Below the pieces are notes generated by a model. That model was not told the DNA's origin. It ran no database searches and saw only the letters and a list, made by a program, of their open reading frames with translations. Below, one piece after another: positions 40,567 through 54,754 of a DNA stretch of 64,000 bases (its first letter is position 1; each line of letters begins with the position of its first letter). Origin of the DNA: Eledone cirrhosa (Eukaryota). The translations under genes and the position numbers were made by a program. The stretch spans positions 7,564,001 through 7,628,000 of the forward strand of contig OZ024754.1 in the NCBI GenBank assembly GCA_964016885.1, in the 5' to 3' direction.

Positions 40567-40762
40567 TAGGAAAATGTTTAACCCCCGACGGCAGAGCTCA
40601 AGCCGTTTCGACAGCTATTTTGAGTCCAGAAATAGCCGTCGAAAGGGCTTGAGCTCTATCGTCGCGGTTAAACATTTTCCTATTACCCGCTCTACTACCC
40701 TAAGTATTGAGTACTTTGGTGTGTTATGGTCCATCTGGTTCCTTACCATATTTCTTTCGTTA
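40567..40762 (+). mobile_element. Hairpin-headed element, 'GAGCTC' family, in (TA)n
   Basis: About 53-bp arms 40567-40620 and 40630-40682 plus a unique tail shared with 44581-44721 (-) and 59198-59332. Confidence 0.88.
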
Positions 40763-41280
40763 TATATATATGAAACAGCAACAAGGAAAAGCAGCACAGG
40801 AGAATAAAAACAATACAATGCTGATATACTATTTAAAGGCTTGATATATTTGGAAACTATTCTTAATGTTTCGAACGTTTCTCCTTCATCGAAACAGAAC
40901 AAAAGGAGAGAGAAAAAGGAAAACAGACGATAGTAAAAATGAAATGGGGCAAAGAGAAAAAGCATAAGATTAGATTGTTAGTTATATACGATCTCTCTCT
41001 CGTTCTCTTTCTCTCTATCGTTCTCTTTCTCTCTCTCTTTCTCTCACTCTCTCTGTCTCTCTTTGTACATGTATATATATATGTACACAGTGTCTCGCGT
41101 AAATATAAATACTAGGTGAGTAAAATATATTTAAATCAGATATAACTATCCTCATAATTTCAAGACCGAAAGTCCCTTTTGGTTTATGCAAAAGAAGAGA
41201 TCTTATAGATGGAATTGGGCCACATCTAGGCAAATCTGTGGGACCTTGTCATCGATTTTAATACATTTTCATTATATATA

Positions 41281-41470
41281 GGCGGTGGATTGGCAGTATC
41301 GGTAGAGAGTTGGACGCCATGCTTTCCAGCATAGTTACGTCCCTTTACGATCCGAGTTCAAATTTCGCCGAGGTTAACTTTGCCTTTCATCCTTACGGGG
41401 TCGATAAAATAAAAGTACCAGTAATGTACTGGGTAATTGCTGGCCTTGTGCCAAATGTAGATACAATTAT
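41281..41470 (+). mobile_element. SINE family 1
   Basis: Near-consensus copy. Confidence 0.92.
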
Positions 41471-41989
41471 ATATATACATACACACGTACATACATACAC
41501 ACGTACATACATACACACGTACATACATACACACATACACACACATACATACACAGACGACCACACACATATGGATATATATATATAATATGAACGGAAA
41601 TCTCAACTTCTGGGATGATTAAAATAGAATTTTTCAAGCTTATTCCGAAGAGAAAAAAAAGAAATTTTGATCAATATCCAGTTTTGGAATCTAATAATTA
41701 TTTTATTTTAAGCAATTGCTGAGGATATCTTTTTATCGTTCACTGATATTTGTCTCAACTATTTCGAAGCCCTCATTAAAATGTCATCTAAGAATATTTG
41801 ATAATCGGATATCAAAATATTTCACAGAAAATACATATAGAAAGACCAGATATACCCATCATTCTACGTTCTCTTTTCCTGTCATGTGACAGACAGATTG
41901 TCTGGTTTATATTTGGTCACAAACATGTTGGAATTTCTTGGGTGAAAAATGTTCCTAAATTGAATATTGTGTTACTCAGAGAGACCAAA

Positions 41990-42026
<37 letters not shown>

Positions 42027-42222
42027 ATATGGATATTTATATATATTCACTGTATAGCCTTTGACACTAAAAACAATTATGTACTCTAAATGTTCTAAAT
42101 GACTAGGAATTTAGTCACACGTTTCGATATTCCCTATGCTCCGATGATTCCAGACTTTCCTCTGGAAGAAACAATTGCCAGCAAATAAATGTTCTAAACT
42201 AAAATTAGATCGTTTTAACACT

Positions 42223-42267
<45 letters not shown>

Positions 42268-42268
<1 letters not shown>

Positions 42269-42640
42269 TGTATTTATGTTCTTCTGGTTTTATAATTTCA
42301 CATTTTTGCCAATAGAGAGCCAGTTTCTAATATTGATACAAGACTCTCTCATTGTAATTTACACAACATCAACTAGGTAGAATATGTATGCATGTCTGTC
42401 TGTGTAGATATGAATGTTATTGTATGTTTTGAGTTGTATGTGTACAAATGTATATGTAGTTATTAGATGCAGAATGTTTGGAATGTTTTACATATTTTTA
42501 CTGTTCCATTACTGGATTGTACTTGTAATTTTCTAACTACTCGTGTACTTGCTGTTTCTGTGAGGCCGTTACAAACATATCCCCGTTCAAATAATCATAG
42601 GCATAAATCTGAAGATATAGTCAGGGTGTAGTATCTGCAG
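42268..42640 (-). mobile_element. 3' end of an R4/Dong-like (REL endonuclease) LINE
   Basis: Minus strand LQILHPDYIFRFMPMII...LQVQSSNGTVKICKTF; UTR shared with 58025-58140; abuts (TA)n. Confidence 0.7.
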
Positions 42641-42804
42641 GTATGTATTATGTATGTGTGTGTATTTAAGAGTCAACGGCCATCCAAAAATTTGTAAATG
42701 TGTATGTAAACATGTACATATGTATGTATATGTGCATGTGTAAGTATATGCACAGGGACATAGAAATAGTCAGGCTGGATACCCGATCGCGCGGTTAAAT
42801 CACT

Positions 42805-43090
42805 AGGAGTGAAGGACATTCTCCTAGATAGACATTCTAGGAGAAGACAACTCGGGAAACTGGAATAACTCCGACATAAACCCTGCGGCTAAGTAGTTAC
42901 CGATGATGTTGGTTTTTTCTTCTTTTCGGGTTATAGCTACTGTTGTTCAGAGAGTGGGATTGGCTCAGTGCACAGTCTTTTCTCACTTTAAAAAAATCTT
43001 CACGTACAGGCATTGCACGATAGCATTTATTGATAATTATTAATATTATATCGTGCAATGGCAATACTCGATAACGAGGGGGCAACCATC
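42805..43090 (+). mobile_element. Unclassified ~290-bp repeat (family K)
   Basis: Reverse complement of 47121-47412; fragment at 49151-49190; internal hairpin gcattgcacgata/tatcgtgcaatg. Confidence 0.85.
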
Positions 43091-43223
43091 AGGTATGTAT
43101 GTTCGTATGTTCGCTATGAATTGAAACCAGAGTCGCAAGAAAGGTATACAGTTTAAATATGAGGTTTAAGTATATAGTTTAAAAGAGCATGAAAAGTTGC
43201 GAAATTCTATTTGATTTATATTA

Positions 43224-43405
43224 TTGGCAGTATCGGTAGAGGGTTGGACGCCATGCTTTCTAGCATAGTTACGTCCCTTTACAGTCTGAGTTCAAATCCC
43301 GCCGAGGTTAACTTTGCCTTTCATCCTTACGGGGTCGATAAAATAAAGTACCAGTAATGTACTTGGTAATTGCTGGCCTTGTGCCTAAAGTAGCAACAAT
43401 TATTA
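43224..43405 (+). mobile_element. SINE family 1
   Basis: Near-consensus copy. Confidence 0.92.
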
Positions 43406-44037
43406 TATATTTTTCCCTACAATATTTCAATAACTCTGAAAAGAAAAATAAGGAATTAATTTAGTAAATCGGTATTTACTCGGATAAGATACCCGAAGGT
43501 ATGTTATGAACATCGCAAACATTTCCATGTTTTTCTCTGCCTGCTCCATAAAAGAAAATACAATGAATAAGACAAAAAATATTACATTTTAAAATATCAC
43601 ATTAACTTTGAAAAAAAAAAAAAAGAAAAAAGTAGAAGTTAGAAATGAAATTAAAAATGTATTTGAGTGCTGCTGAGAAAATGAATCAACAACTACAATT
43701 TTGAAACTCTCTCTGCTGTTTTTAGCCAAAAGGTTATCAACTTAATATAATCGAAAAATAAGAATACCTGGAGGTATTTATAGGAAAACTCTGGATGTTA
43801 ATCTAAAGAAGGGCAGCGAGAGTCGATAAGTAAGTATAGAAACAGTGCAGTAAATAATTGATTATTCATCAGGTAAACCATCTACATAGATGGATTCTTC
43901 CCGATAAATTTTTTTTTGTTCAAACGTTTCGTGCTGATTTCAATCTTGATTCAGTTTTCTGTAAGTTTAAAGTTATTTACTTAACAAACAACTTATACGC
44001 CTAATATTATTTGTATATATACATAAATTTAGACATG

Positions 44038-44081
<44 letters not shown>

Positions 44082-44334
44082 CGAGAAACGCATTTCGGCG
44101 GGTAGAAAAGCCGAAACGAAACGCAAAAATCAGAAATAATGCTGGCAAGCACTCGATAGTTAAAAAACCAGAGCTAAACAATATGTTAAGACGTCATACA
44201 AAACTGAAAAAGTGGTCAAGAAAGCTTCAACCACCTAAGCCAAAAAGCAAATCAAGCTAAACAGGTCAAAACAAAATAAATGATGAAAAAACATCACACA
44301 CGCACGCACGCACACGCGCGTATTTGTGTCTATA

Positions 44335-44497
44335 TTATTTTTGACCGTCGGTCAGTCAATGGCAACATTGAGGACCGAGTATATTAGATTACCGATATAA
44401 AAGACACAGAAGCGAAAACCAACCAAACAGTGAGTGTGTTCTGTTATTAATTCTGGCAATATTATTACACAAATATGGCCCTCCCCAAGTATAACAA
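44335..44497 (-). mobile_element. Family G interspersed repeat
   Basis: Matches 38965-39125 in reverse. Confidence 0.8.
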
Positions 44498-44580
44498 TAC
44501 ATACATACCTACATACCTGCATACCTGCATACATGCATACATGCATACATGCATACATACATACATACCGACATACCGAC

Positions 44581-44721
44581 CGAAGGAAGTGTGGTAAGGA
44601 ACCAGGTGGACCATAACGCACCATGGTACTCGATACTTTGGCTAGTAGAGTGGGTAATAGGAAAATGTTCAAGAGCCCGACGGCAGAGCTCAAGCAGTTT
44701 CGACGGCTATTTCTGGATTGC
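44581..44721 (-). mobile_element. 'GAGCTC' family copy lacking the inverted arm
   Basis: Reverse complement of 40625-40759. Confidence 0.85.
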
Positions 44722-45320
44722 TATATATATATATATATATATATATTTATTCATTTATGGTGGTGAATTCCATTGCCTTTTCTACCTATTGACAATTTTA
44801 ATTCCATGTATTGTATACAGAATATATCTCGAAGGGAGTCGAATATTTCCAATCCCACCCATCTAGCTATATATCTATATATCAATTGAGAGAAGGGCTA
44901 GACTCGTGATCTATATATCAATTGAGAGACGGGCTAGACTCGTTATCTTTATAAGGGCTTTTTAAAGATATATTACCAAAAAATCGTAAAATTGTTTGTG
45001 TGTGGCTGTGTAGTGATCAATGCAGAAACATACAGAAACCAGGTAATATAAAGGGTACATCATGATGACATATGCCACCCCATACCAATAGTTTGACGGG
45101 GTGTGGAGGTGTTCCTTGTGATGCATGCTATCTTGTAAAGATCTCTGGTCTCTTCGTTCCAGAGACTGACGTTTTTCTTCCACAATGTAAGGAGTGGTGG
45201 ACCCAGACCTGTAAGGTGGAATATCTGATGCAGTGGGTGTCTCTGGCTGTTATCTGCAGCACAGCTAAGATATATCACCCTGCTACGGGTGTAGTTGGCT
45301 CCTTCCTTCATTATCTTTTG

Positions 45321-45510
45321 GGCGGTGGATTGGCAGTATCGGTAGAGGGTCGGACGCCATGCTTTCCAGCATAGTTACGTCCCTTTACGATCTGAATTCA
45401 AATCCCGCCGAGGTTGACTTTGCCTTTCATCCTTACGGGGTCGATAAAATAAAGTACCAGTAATGCACTGGGTAATTGTTGGCCTTGTGCCTAAAGTAGA
45501 AACAATTATC
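45321..45510 (+). mobile_element. SINE family 1 with 10-bp TSD
   Basis: TSD attatctttt at 45310-45319 and 45505-45514. Confidence 0.93.
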
Positions 45511-45562
45511 TTTTAAATTTTTATTCCTCCCCTCTTTCTTTCATTCTATTTTTCTTTGGTGC

Positions 45563-45673
45563 AATAATTGTTTCTACTTTAGGCACAAGGCCAGCAATTA
45601 CCCAGTACATTACTGGTACTTTATTTTATCGACCCCGTAAGGATGAAAGGCAAAGTTAACCTCGGCGGGATTT
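45563..45673 (-). mobile_element. 5'-truncated SINE family 1 with 14-bp TSD
   Basis: TSD tttggtgcaataat at 45555-45568 and 45671-45684. Confidence 0.92.
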
Positions 45674-46429
45674 GGTGCAATAATAAACTCTAAATATAAT
45701 TGTTTGTTTTTTTAAATTCTTGCTTCTTAACTTTCTATTCTTTTCAGTGTTTTACTCGGCCCTGTTTATCCATTCTTACCTATAAGTCAGTCTTTCGTCT
45801 TTTATCATACATTTGTTTCTTTGTTTAGTATGGTATTGGTCCAGCTCTTCTTCCCTCTTCTTTTTCTTTTTTTTTCTTCCTTTTACTATTTTTTTTATTT
45901 ATTTCTAGTCCTTCATTTTATCCTTTGTTTCATTCGTTTTTTTTTTTGTTTTTTTTTCTTTTTCTTTTTATTTATTTTCCTTCTTTTTATTTCTTTTTCT
46001 TTTTCTTTTCATTTCTTCATTTTCGTCTTCTTCCCTTTCTCCTCATTGCCATCATCATTTCCCCATCATCGCCATTACAGCCGTCATCATCACCATCACA
46101 TTCCACCATTATCATCATCACCATCACCACCATCATCATCCATGTTAGTTTGGAAGGTTTTAAAGTTTAGTCATTCATTATTTATTTTTTAATGAATTTC
46201 ATTTCAATGATTACAATGGTGGATAAAACTGATAAAAGTAACGATGTAACGAAAAAACATTGAAAATAAGTCAAAAATATAACAAAAACATAGTAAAATC
46301 TAGTGTAAAACAAAAGCCAATATCTGTAAGACGTAACATTCCTCAACAATCAATTAAATCAAAAATACAGGGAGAATGTACTTTGTAAAGTTTTGTCTTT
46401 TTCTCGAAAATTTCATTTGTATTTCATCA

Positions 46430-46985
46430 GGGAAAAACGGAACATTCATTTTGACATGATGTCTGTGTGAGTGTACGTAGCGAATGATGACGCCACATGG
46501 ATTACTGTTAAGGGTATTAGGTTCATAGTTATAAAGCTGTACGTTCGATTCCTGGCTGCTCATCGTGTCCTTGGTCAAGTTTCTCTACTATTTGTTGCTT
46601 CCCAGTCAACTGGGGAAAACGGAACATTAATTTTGACATGTCTATGAGTGTGAGCGTACGTAGCGAATGGTGATGCGGCGTGGACTACTGGTTAGGGTGT
46701 TAGGATCATGGTTATAAAGCCATACGTTCGATTCCTGGCTGCGCGTTGTGTCCTACGCCAAGTTTCTCTATTATATGTTGGTCCTCCAGTCCACTCTCCT
46801 ATACAAACATAAGGACTTTTAACCGCAATTGAAGGATGCCAGTCTTGTCACACTATATCACGCTGAAGATCTTGGGGAATTACGTTAAGGTTACGTGTCT
46901 GTGGAATACTCAGCCACTTACAGGTTAATTTTATGAGCAGTCGGTTTTGTCAATCAAACTACTAGAACACTCATCGTTAGAATCA
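46430..46985 (+). mobile_element. Diverged tRNA-derived SINE with ~183-bp tandem duplication of head and upstream flank
   Basis: Two units start at ggga(a)aaacggaacatt (46430 and 46613), each with B box GTTCGATTCC. Confidence 0.65.
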
Positions 46986-47120
46986 GTGGAAGTCCAAAAC
47001 ACACACACAGAATAGTGTACATACACACACACATACATACACACACATACATACACACATACATACACACACACATACATACACACACACATACATACAC
47101 ACACACATACATACACACAT

Positions 47121-47412
47121 GATGGCTGCCCCCTCGTTATCGAGTATGGCCATTGCACGATATACCATTATCAATAATTAGTAATAAATTCTATCGCGCA
47201 ATGCCTGTGCGTGAAGATGGTTATCAAAGTGAGGAAAGACTGTGCACTGAGCCAATCCCACTCTCTGAGAGACAGTAGCTATAACCCGAAAAGAAGAAAA
47301 GATCAACATCATCGGTAACTACTGAGCCGCAGGTTTTATATCGGAGTTATCCCAGTTTCCTGAGTTGCCTTCTCCTAGAAGAATGCCCCGACGAAGGCTA
47401 GGGGTCCTTCAC
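47121..47412 (-). mobile_element. Family K repeat between CA/TACA microsatellites
   Basis: Matches 42805-43090 in reverse. Confidence 0.85.
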
Positions 47413-47465
47413 ACACACACACACACACACACATACATACATACATACATACATACATACATACA

Positions 47466-47519
<54 letters not shown>

Positions 47520-47661
47520 TAATATCAGGATAGAACCAGTTTAAAACATTAGTTAGAACATTACTCAAGAGACTCGATATGTAGAGTATGGCTATATCAT
47601 AGAGTCGGCCCAGTCCGGAACTAGGTGTTGTGGCGAGATTAGCCGTCGAGATACCTCACTT

Positions 47662-49100
<1,439 letters not shown>

Positions 49101-49255
49101 ATGTGTGTGCGTGTATGTACGGTGTTAATAGTTACACTGATAATGCATATGATAGCTGCCCCCTCGTTATCGAGTATGGCCATTGCACGAGAAAGAAAAA
49201 AAAAATAATAATAATAATGATAATAAATAAATAAAAATAAAATAAAAAAAAAAAG

Positions 49256-49256
<1 letters not shown>

Positions 49257-49313
<57 letters not shown>

Positions 49314-49315
49314 CA

Positions 49316-49390
<75 letters not shown>
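49257..49390. repeat. (CA)n microsatellite
   Basis: Directly visible. Confidence 0.98.
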
Positions 49391-49393
<3 letters not shown>

Positions 49394-50412
49394 TAACAAT
49401 AACAATAACAATAACAATAATAATAATATACATGCAGGTTTATATAGAGACGTGTTTGTATGCCGAGATATTTCCACGCTAACAGATGTAACCCCCTTGG
49501 GGGGGGGGGGGGGTCTCATTCACAATTCTATCCACTGAGACAATATAGTATCAGCCAGCTATCTGATGTTTTGCAAAGAACAGGAAATAGTATCACAGCC
49601 TTATCAGGACATGTTTTGTTCTCTTTTTCCTTCTTTTCTTCTGATATTGGTATTGAAGTAAATATGGAAATTGTTGAAGCGACATTCTTTCAGATCATTG
49701 AGAAGGAAACATTTGTTTGTCATTACCTTTAGCTACTTTCAATTAGCATTTTTCGATGTGCCATTTGTTGGTGTTTATTATATTTTCTATGTCTGTACAC
49801 ACCCCCAGCAAAGAAATTCTTATTTGCTACAACGACTTTGATATATTCTTTTACTGGTTTCAATCGTTCCAAGCTCTTCTTTTACCAGAATAGGCCCTCA
49901 TGCATATGTTCAATTTGTTTATCAACTAATATATCTGTATGGTCTGCTCTATCTACAAATGGTATTTAAAAACAAGAAAGGTGTCGCACGTTAGATCAAA
50001 CCAAGTAAACAATATTTCCATTGTTGTGGATATTATATCAGAGACGGAATTCCTAGCAAAAATAACAGCATGAAAAACAAAACAACCTGTTATTAATAAC
50101 TGTTTCTACGTTAGGAACAAGGCCAGCAATAAACCAGTGCATTACTGGTACTATGATGCCAACAATCTATCGGCTAGGTCACGCGCCTGTCATTCAAAGA
50201 CAACTGTGATAATTCTAAAATCATATTGTTCTACTTTTCGCACATTCCAGGTTTTTAATCCAGCAATTTTCAGTGTCATAGAATCATTTAAGAAAGCTTT
50301 GAAAACCATCCGTCTGAGTACTGGAAACGAGAAACTATGTAGTAACTGTCAGTATCCATTGTTTAAGATCTCCTACACCCTTTTTGATAAATACAACAGC
50401 AATTATTCCAGA

Positions 50413-50585
50413 ATTGGCAGAATCGGTAGAGCGTCGGACACCATCCTTTGCAGCATAGTTATGGCCCTTTACGTTCAAATCCCGCCGAGGTTAGCTTTGC
50501 CTTTCATCCTTACGGGGTCGATAAAATAAAGTACCAGTAATGCACTGGGGTAATTACTGGCCTTGTGCTCAAAGTAGAAACAATT
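50413..50585 (+). mobile_element. SINE family 1
   Basis: Consensus match with a short deletion before the B box. Confidence 0.88.
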
Positions 50586-52632
50586 CTGTCCAGTGTCTTG
50601 GGCGATTTTCCAGTACTTGATTTTAAAGCTGAATATTATTTCGATCATAAATCAATATATTATAAACTGTTAATGCAATTTTAAATAATAGATGTAAATG
50701 GAAATACAGTTCTTCATAATTAGTAAAGTTTATTAATTATTGGTAGGGTATGTAGAGGCATGCTATTTAAGAGTATGTTCCAATTATACTAAAAGTGATT
50801 CCAACTCGATTTCAACATGCCAAACCATTTTTGACCTTTAACCATAAATAGAAGAATTTCATTGATTCTAGATTTAATCAGTGCCAATGTATGTTAGATT
50901 GATCTGATTAATTAATTTCTATAATCGATAACAATTTGCTTAATGGACTGAATGAAAACTCCTAAAAGAATGACATCAATTATATAATAATTATATTATA
51001 AATCAATTACTTTATGGAGGAATCATGTCAGTCATTCAAAAACACACAACATCTGTTAACTTCTTTCTACATTAATCAGTTATTTATTGGTGCAAAATAT
51101 TTTCTTTGCACTGAGTTGCAGTGCAACTGCAGCAGTGACCAGCTCAAAGACAGGGCAACAACAAGTGGTGACACTATGAAATAAACGATAAATGTAAAGA
51201 GAAGTTAATAATTTGTGTATGTTCTTTTGACTGGTTAAAATTACTCTTCAATACTTTAATTTCTTTAACTTCAACACACGGTTTCAGATCAAGTCACTTG
51301 CAAAACAGGTCCAACTCAGAAATATTTATATTTAAGAAGCGCTGAGAGGTTAAGAGCCGAAACACTCGCTTGATGGAGCAGGGGAGGGGTTCTTCACTGA
51401 AGACCTTCTGCTGTCCAGATCTCCTGAGAGTTTCTTTCTACCGTTTCAGATCAAGCCAAAGTAAAACACCAGTAATGCACTGGGATCTATTTAATCGACT
51501 TCCCCTTCAAATTGCTGGCCTTGTGCCTAAAGTTGACACACTCGCTTGATGGGGGCGGGAGGGGTTCTTCTCTGAAGACCCCTGTCCAGCACTACTGAGA
51601 GTTTCTTACCATAGTTTCAGATCAAGTAAAATTAAAGCACCATTAATGCACTGGTGTCGATTTAATAGACTTCCCCTTCCCTTCAAATTGTTGGCGTTGT
51701 GCCTAGAGTAGAAACAATTATTTATTTATGTCGTTAAACGTATGAGCAAGACTAACATTTTCAGGTGTTTTCTAAATTCTGTCTCGCATATATAGTATAT
51801 GTACAGTACATCAACATTTGAACCGATAGTAGCAACACATTCGCCTTGTTCATCTATCTCCAACAGTAAGTATCCTATCTAAAGTTAGAATATATACGTT
51901 ATCTGTAGATTTTATTACTTTGTATAATATGTCAGTATATCGATCTTAGTAGTAGGAATATGAGGTTTATATGTGAATACCAAAGGCATTTAATAGTTGT
52001 CAGTTCCACAATGGAGTTATGTTTCTAAAAATGTTTAAAGGACGGGTTATTGCAGAATACGGAACTAAGTGCAGATAGATAAACAAAATAAAACACAAGT
52101 AATTCATTTTATGTAACATTAAACGAGAAGAAATCAAAGTCCATGATAGAACAACAAAAACACTTTCTCTTCTTGTCTAAAATGTCTTCATTAATGTTAC
52201 TTGGGAAGAAAAGGGATTGACTATATATTACGAGAAAGGATGAAAATATGCCCCGAATCAATAATGTTATTTTGGTTGGGTTCATGAAAGTCAAATATAG
52301 GAAAAAGAAAATATTTTGACATTTGCCAGCTTGAAATATATTAAGCCTGACATTTTCTAATAGGAATAGCATGAACCTACGTCGGTTTCGACGATGAATG
52401 TCCCAGCTTTTGGATCAACAGAACAACCTGCTCGTGAAAATAACGTGTAAGTGGTTGACAATACCACACCCTTAAAGTAATTCTCAGGGAGATTCAGCAT
52501 GGCACAGTATATAAGGCTGGCCCCTTGAATTATAGGTATAGGTATAACTTATGTCTAAATTACTTCAGCAGCATTTTAGACATAAGTTTAAACAAGATCT
52601 GTGATTATTAGGTAACTCAAGATTATGAAGAG

Positions 52633-52823
52633 GGCAGTGGACCGGCAGTATCAGGGGAGAGTCGCACGCCATGCTTTGCAGCATGGAGTTACGGCTCTTT
52701 ATGGTCTGAATTCAAATCGCGCCGAGGTTAACTTTGTCTTTCATCTTTACGGGATCGATAAAATAAAGTACCAGTAATGCACTGTAATAATTGCTGGCCT
52801 TGTGCTAAAAGTAGAAACAATAT
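52633..52823 (+). mobile_element. SINE family 1
   Basis: Consensus match. Confidence 0.88.
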
Positions 52824-53005
52824 TAAGATTATGAACAATTAATGCATCAATTATATTCCCGGAGTTGTTTTTAATTAAGTCAATTAGTGTAATATTAATA
52901 TTAAACAATATGTTTAATATTAAACTGAGGAATCTCATAAATGTTGTTACAGTAAGAAGTTCGGAAACGAATTCTCTATCCAGATGTTAATAGAAGGATT
53001 TAAAC

Positions 53006-53346
53006 CAGGGGTTCTCAACCTTTTTTTCACCGTGGACCCACCAAAATAAGTAATTTTTTTTCCTGTGGACCACCTAAACTTTTAAATCTTTTGTAATAGA
53101 ACTGCTACTTATAAGCATCAGTAGATGTTTTTTTTCAATGAATTAGAAAATACTATTATCATGTCGCAGTGTCTAAAAATCTACGCAAACAAACAGCTGA
53201 AGTCGTACTTATGCGAAGAATAAGAACAGCGCTTTAAGTCAAATGCATGGATAAAAAAATAATTTGCTATTGAAAATGTTCTGTGGACCACCTGAATTTT
53301 CCTGTGGACCACTAGTGGTCTACATGGACCAGGTTGAGAATCCCTG
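53006..53346. mobile_element. hAT (Charlie-like) MITE
   Basis: TIRs CAGGGGTTCTCAACCT / AGGTTGAGAATCCCTG, perfect 8-bp TSD atttaaac (52998-53005, 53347-53354), subterminal GTGGACC repeats. Confidence 0.93.
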
Positions 53347-53627
53347 ATTTAAACAGAATGTATAGCGCATCTCTATGTTCAGGTTTGAAACTGGCGATTG
53401 ACATTGATTTGTCATCAAATCCGGCATCCAAATAAAAACTTCCACGCTGAGTGTCTTCTTCTACATCAACTAACAGGAGGTCACTAAAGAGACAAAGAAT
53501 AAAGATCATATTCCAAAGAATGGTCACAATAGGACTGAATGCAAAAGTCACCGCAATTCAGCAAAACGCCATTAATAGAAATGCTTGGACAGCTTTTATT
53601 TTATCTCCCGCGTGACATGTGATATTG

Positions 53628-53815
53628 TTGGATTGGCAGTATCGGTAGAGGGTCGGACGCTATGCGTTGCAGCACAGTTACGCCCCTTTATGATCTGAGT
53701 TCAAATCCCGCCGAGGTTAACTTTGTCTTTCATCCTTACGGGGTCGATAAAATAAAATACCAGTAATGCACTGGAATAGTTGCTGGCCTTGTGCCAAAAG
53801 TAGAAACAATTATTT
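53628..53815 (+). mobile_element. SINE family 1
   Basis: Near-consensus copy; its tail overlaps the next fold-back. Confidence 0.92.
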
Positions 53816-54218
53816 TAATATGGTTTATGTATGTACATATATTTCTGTGTTCTATTATTTCGTTTGAAATAATAAATATTTATTGATTGGTTGACACGGT
53901 ATCATCAAATACAATTTCTATTTTGTATCCTTTTGTACCCTTGTTAGTGTAGCGAGAAGAAAAGAACCATGGTTCCGTCGTCAGTTTGAAGCCCAAATCT
54001 CACCTGGAATTACGCCTGGATAGGCCTTCAAACTGACCACGGAACCATGTTTCTTTTCTTCTCGCTGCACTAACAAGGGTACAAAAGGATACAAATAGAA
54101 ATTGTATTTGATGATACCGTGTCAACCACTCAATAAATATTTATTATTTCAAACGAAATAATAGAACACAGAAATATATCTACATACATAAACCATATTA
54201 AAATAATTGTTTCTACTT
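53798..54218. repeat. Fold-back element with ~195-bp arms
   Basis: Arms 53798-53993 and 54023-54218 with about 6 substitutions and one indel. Confidence 0.95.
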
Positions 54219-54754
54219 CATCCTATGAAATAATTCTAATCACATAATATGACTGCTTATCATAATATTACGAGGACACGAGCACGAGTTTATGGAAATA
54301 TAAAGCTAGATCATAACAGTTAAAGTCATTCATGATTTACGTAACAATAACATAAAAGAAATACCTAATATCTTTCTCTGAGATAATCTGAAACAACAAT
54401 TTACGATAAGAACTTGAGTTTCAAAATCAATTTGGTGTCATTCCAATATTCTCAGAGGAATAAACAAGACTGTAAATCACTCCATTCAACACAATATCAA
54501 CATAGACAATATTACAGCCTAATAGATATCATTTCACAAATGTCAACGACATTTCGTTGGGTTATTTATCAAATTGTGACATATATCTTCTATACTGAGT
54601 ACTGAGTGTCGTAATAAATGACTTTAAGAAGAACATGTAATTTGTGCACTATATACGTATATGTCACACTTGTATACAGATATATAATTTCGTTATTGAA
54701 TTAGTTTTGCCAGATTTCTTATCTGAAAACGTCTGTTGAAACAGCTATTGTCAA

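Noticed and set aside
45821-46192. Hydrophobic 123-aa ORF
   Set aside because: Poly-T and (CAT)n low-complexity sequence.
46400-46432. CTGATGA...GAAA on the minus strand (also CTGAAGA...GAAA at 32732)
   Set aside because: No stem II or stem I pairing; expected by chance in AT-rich DNA.
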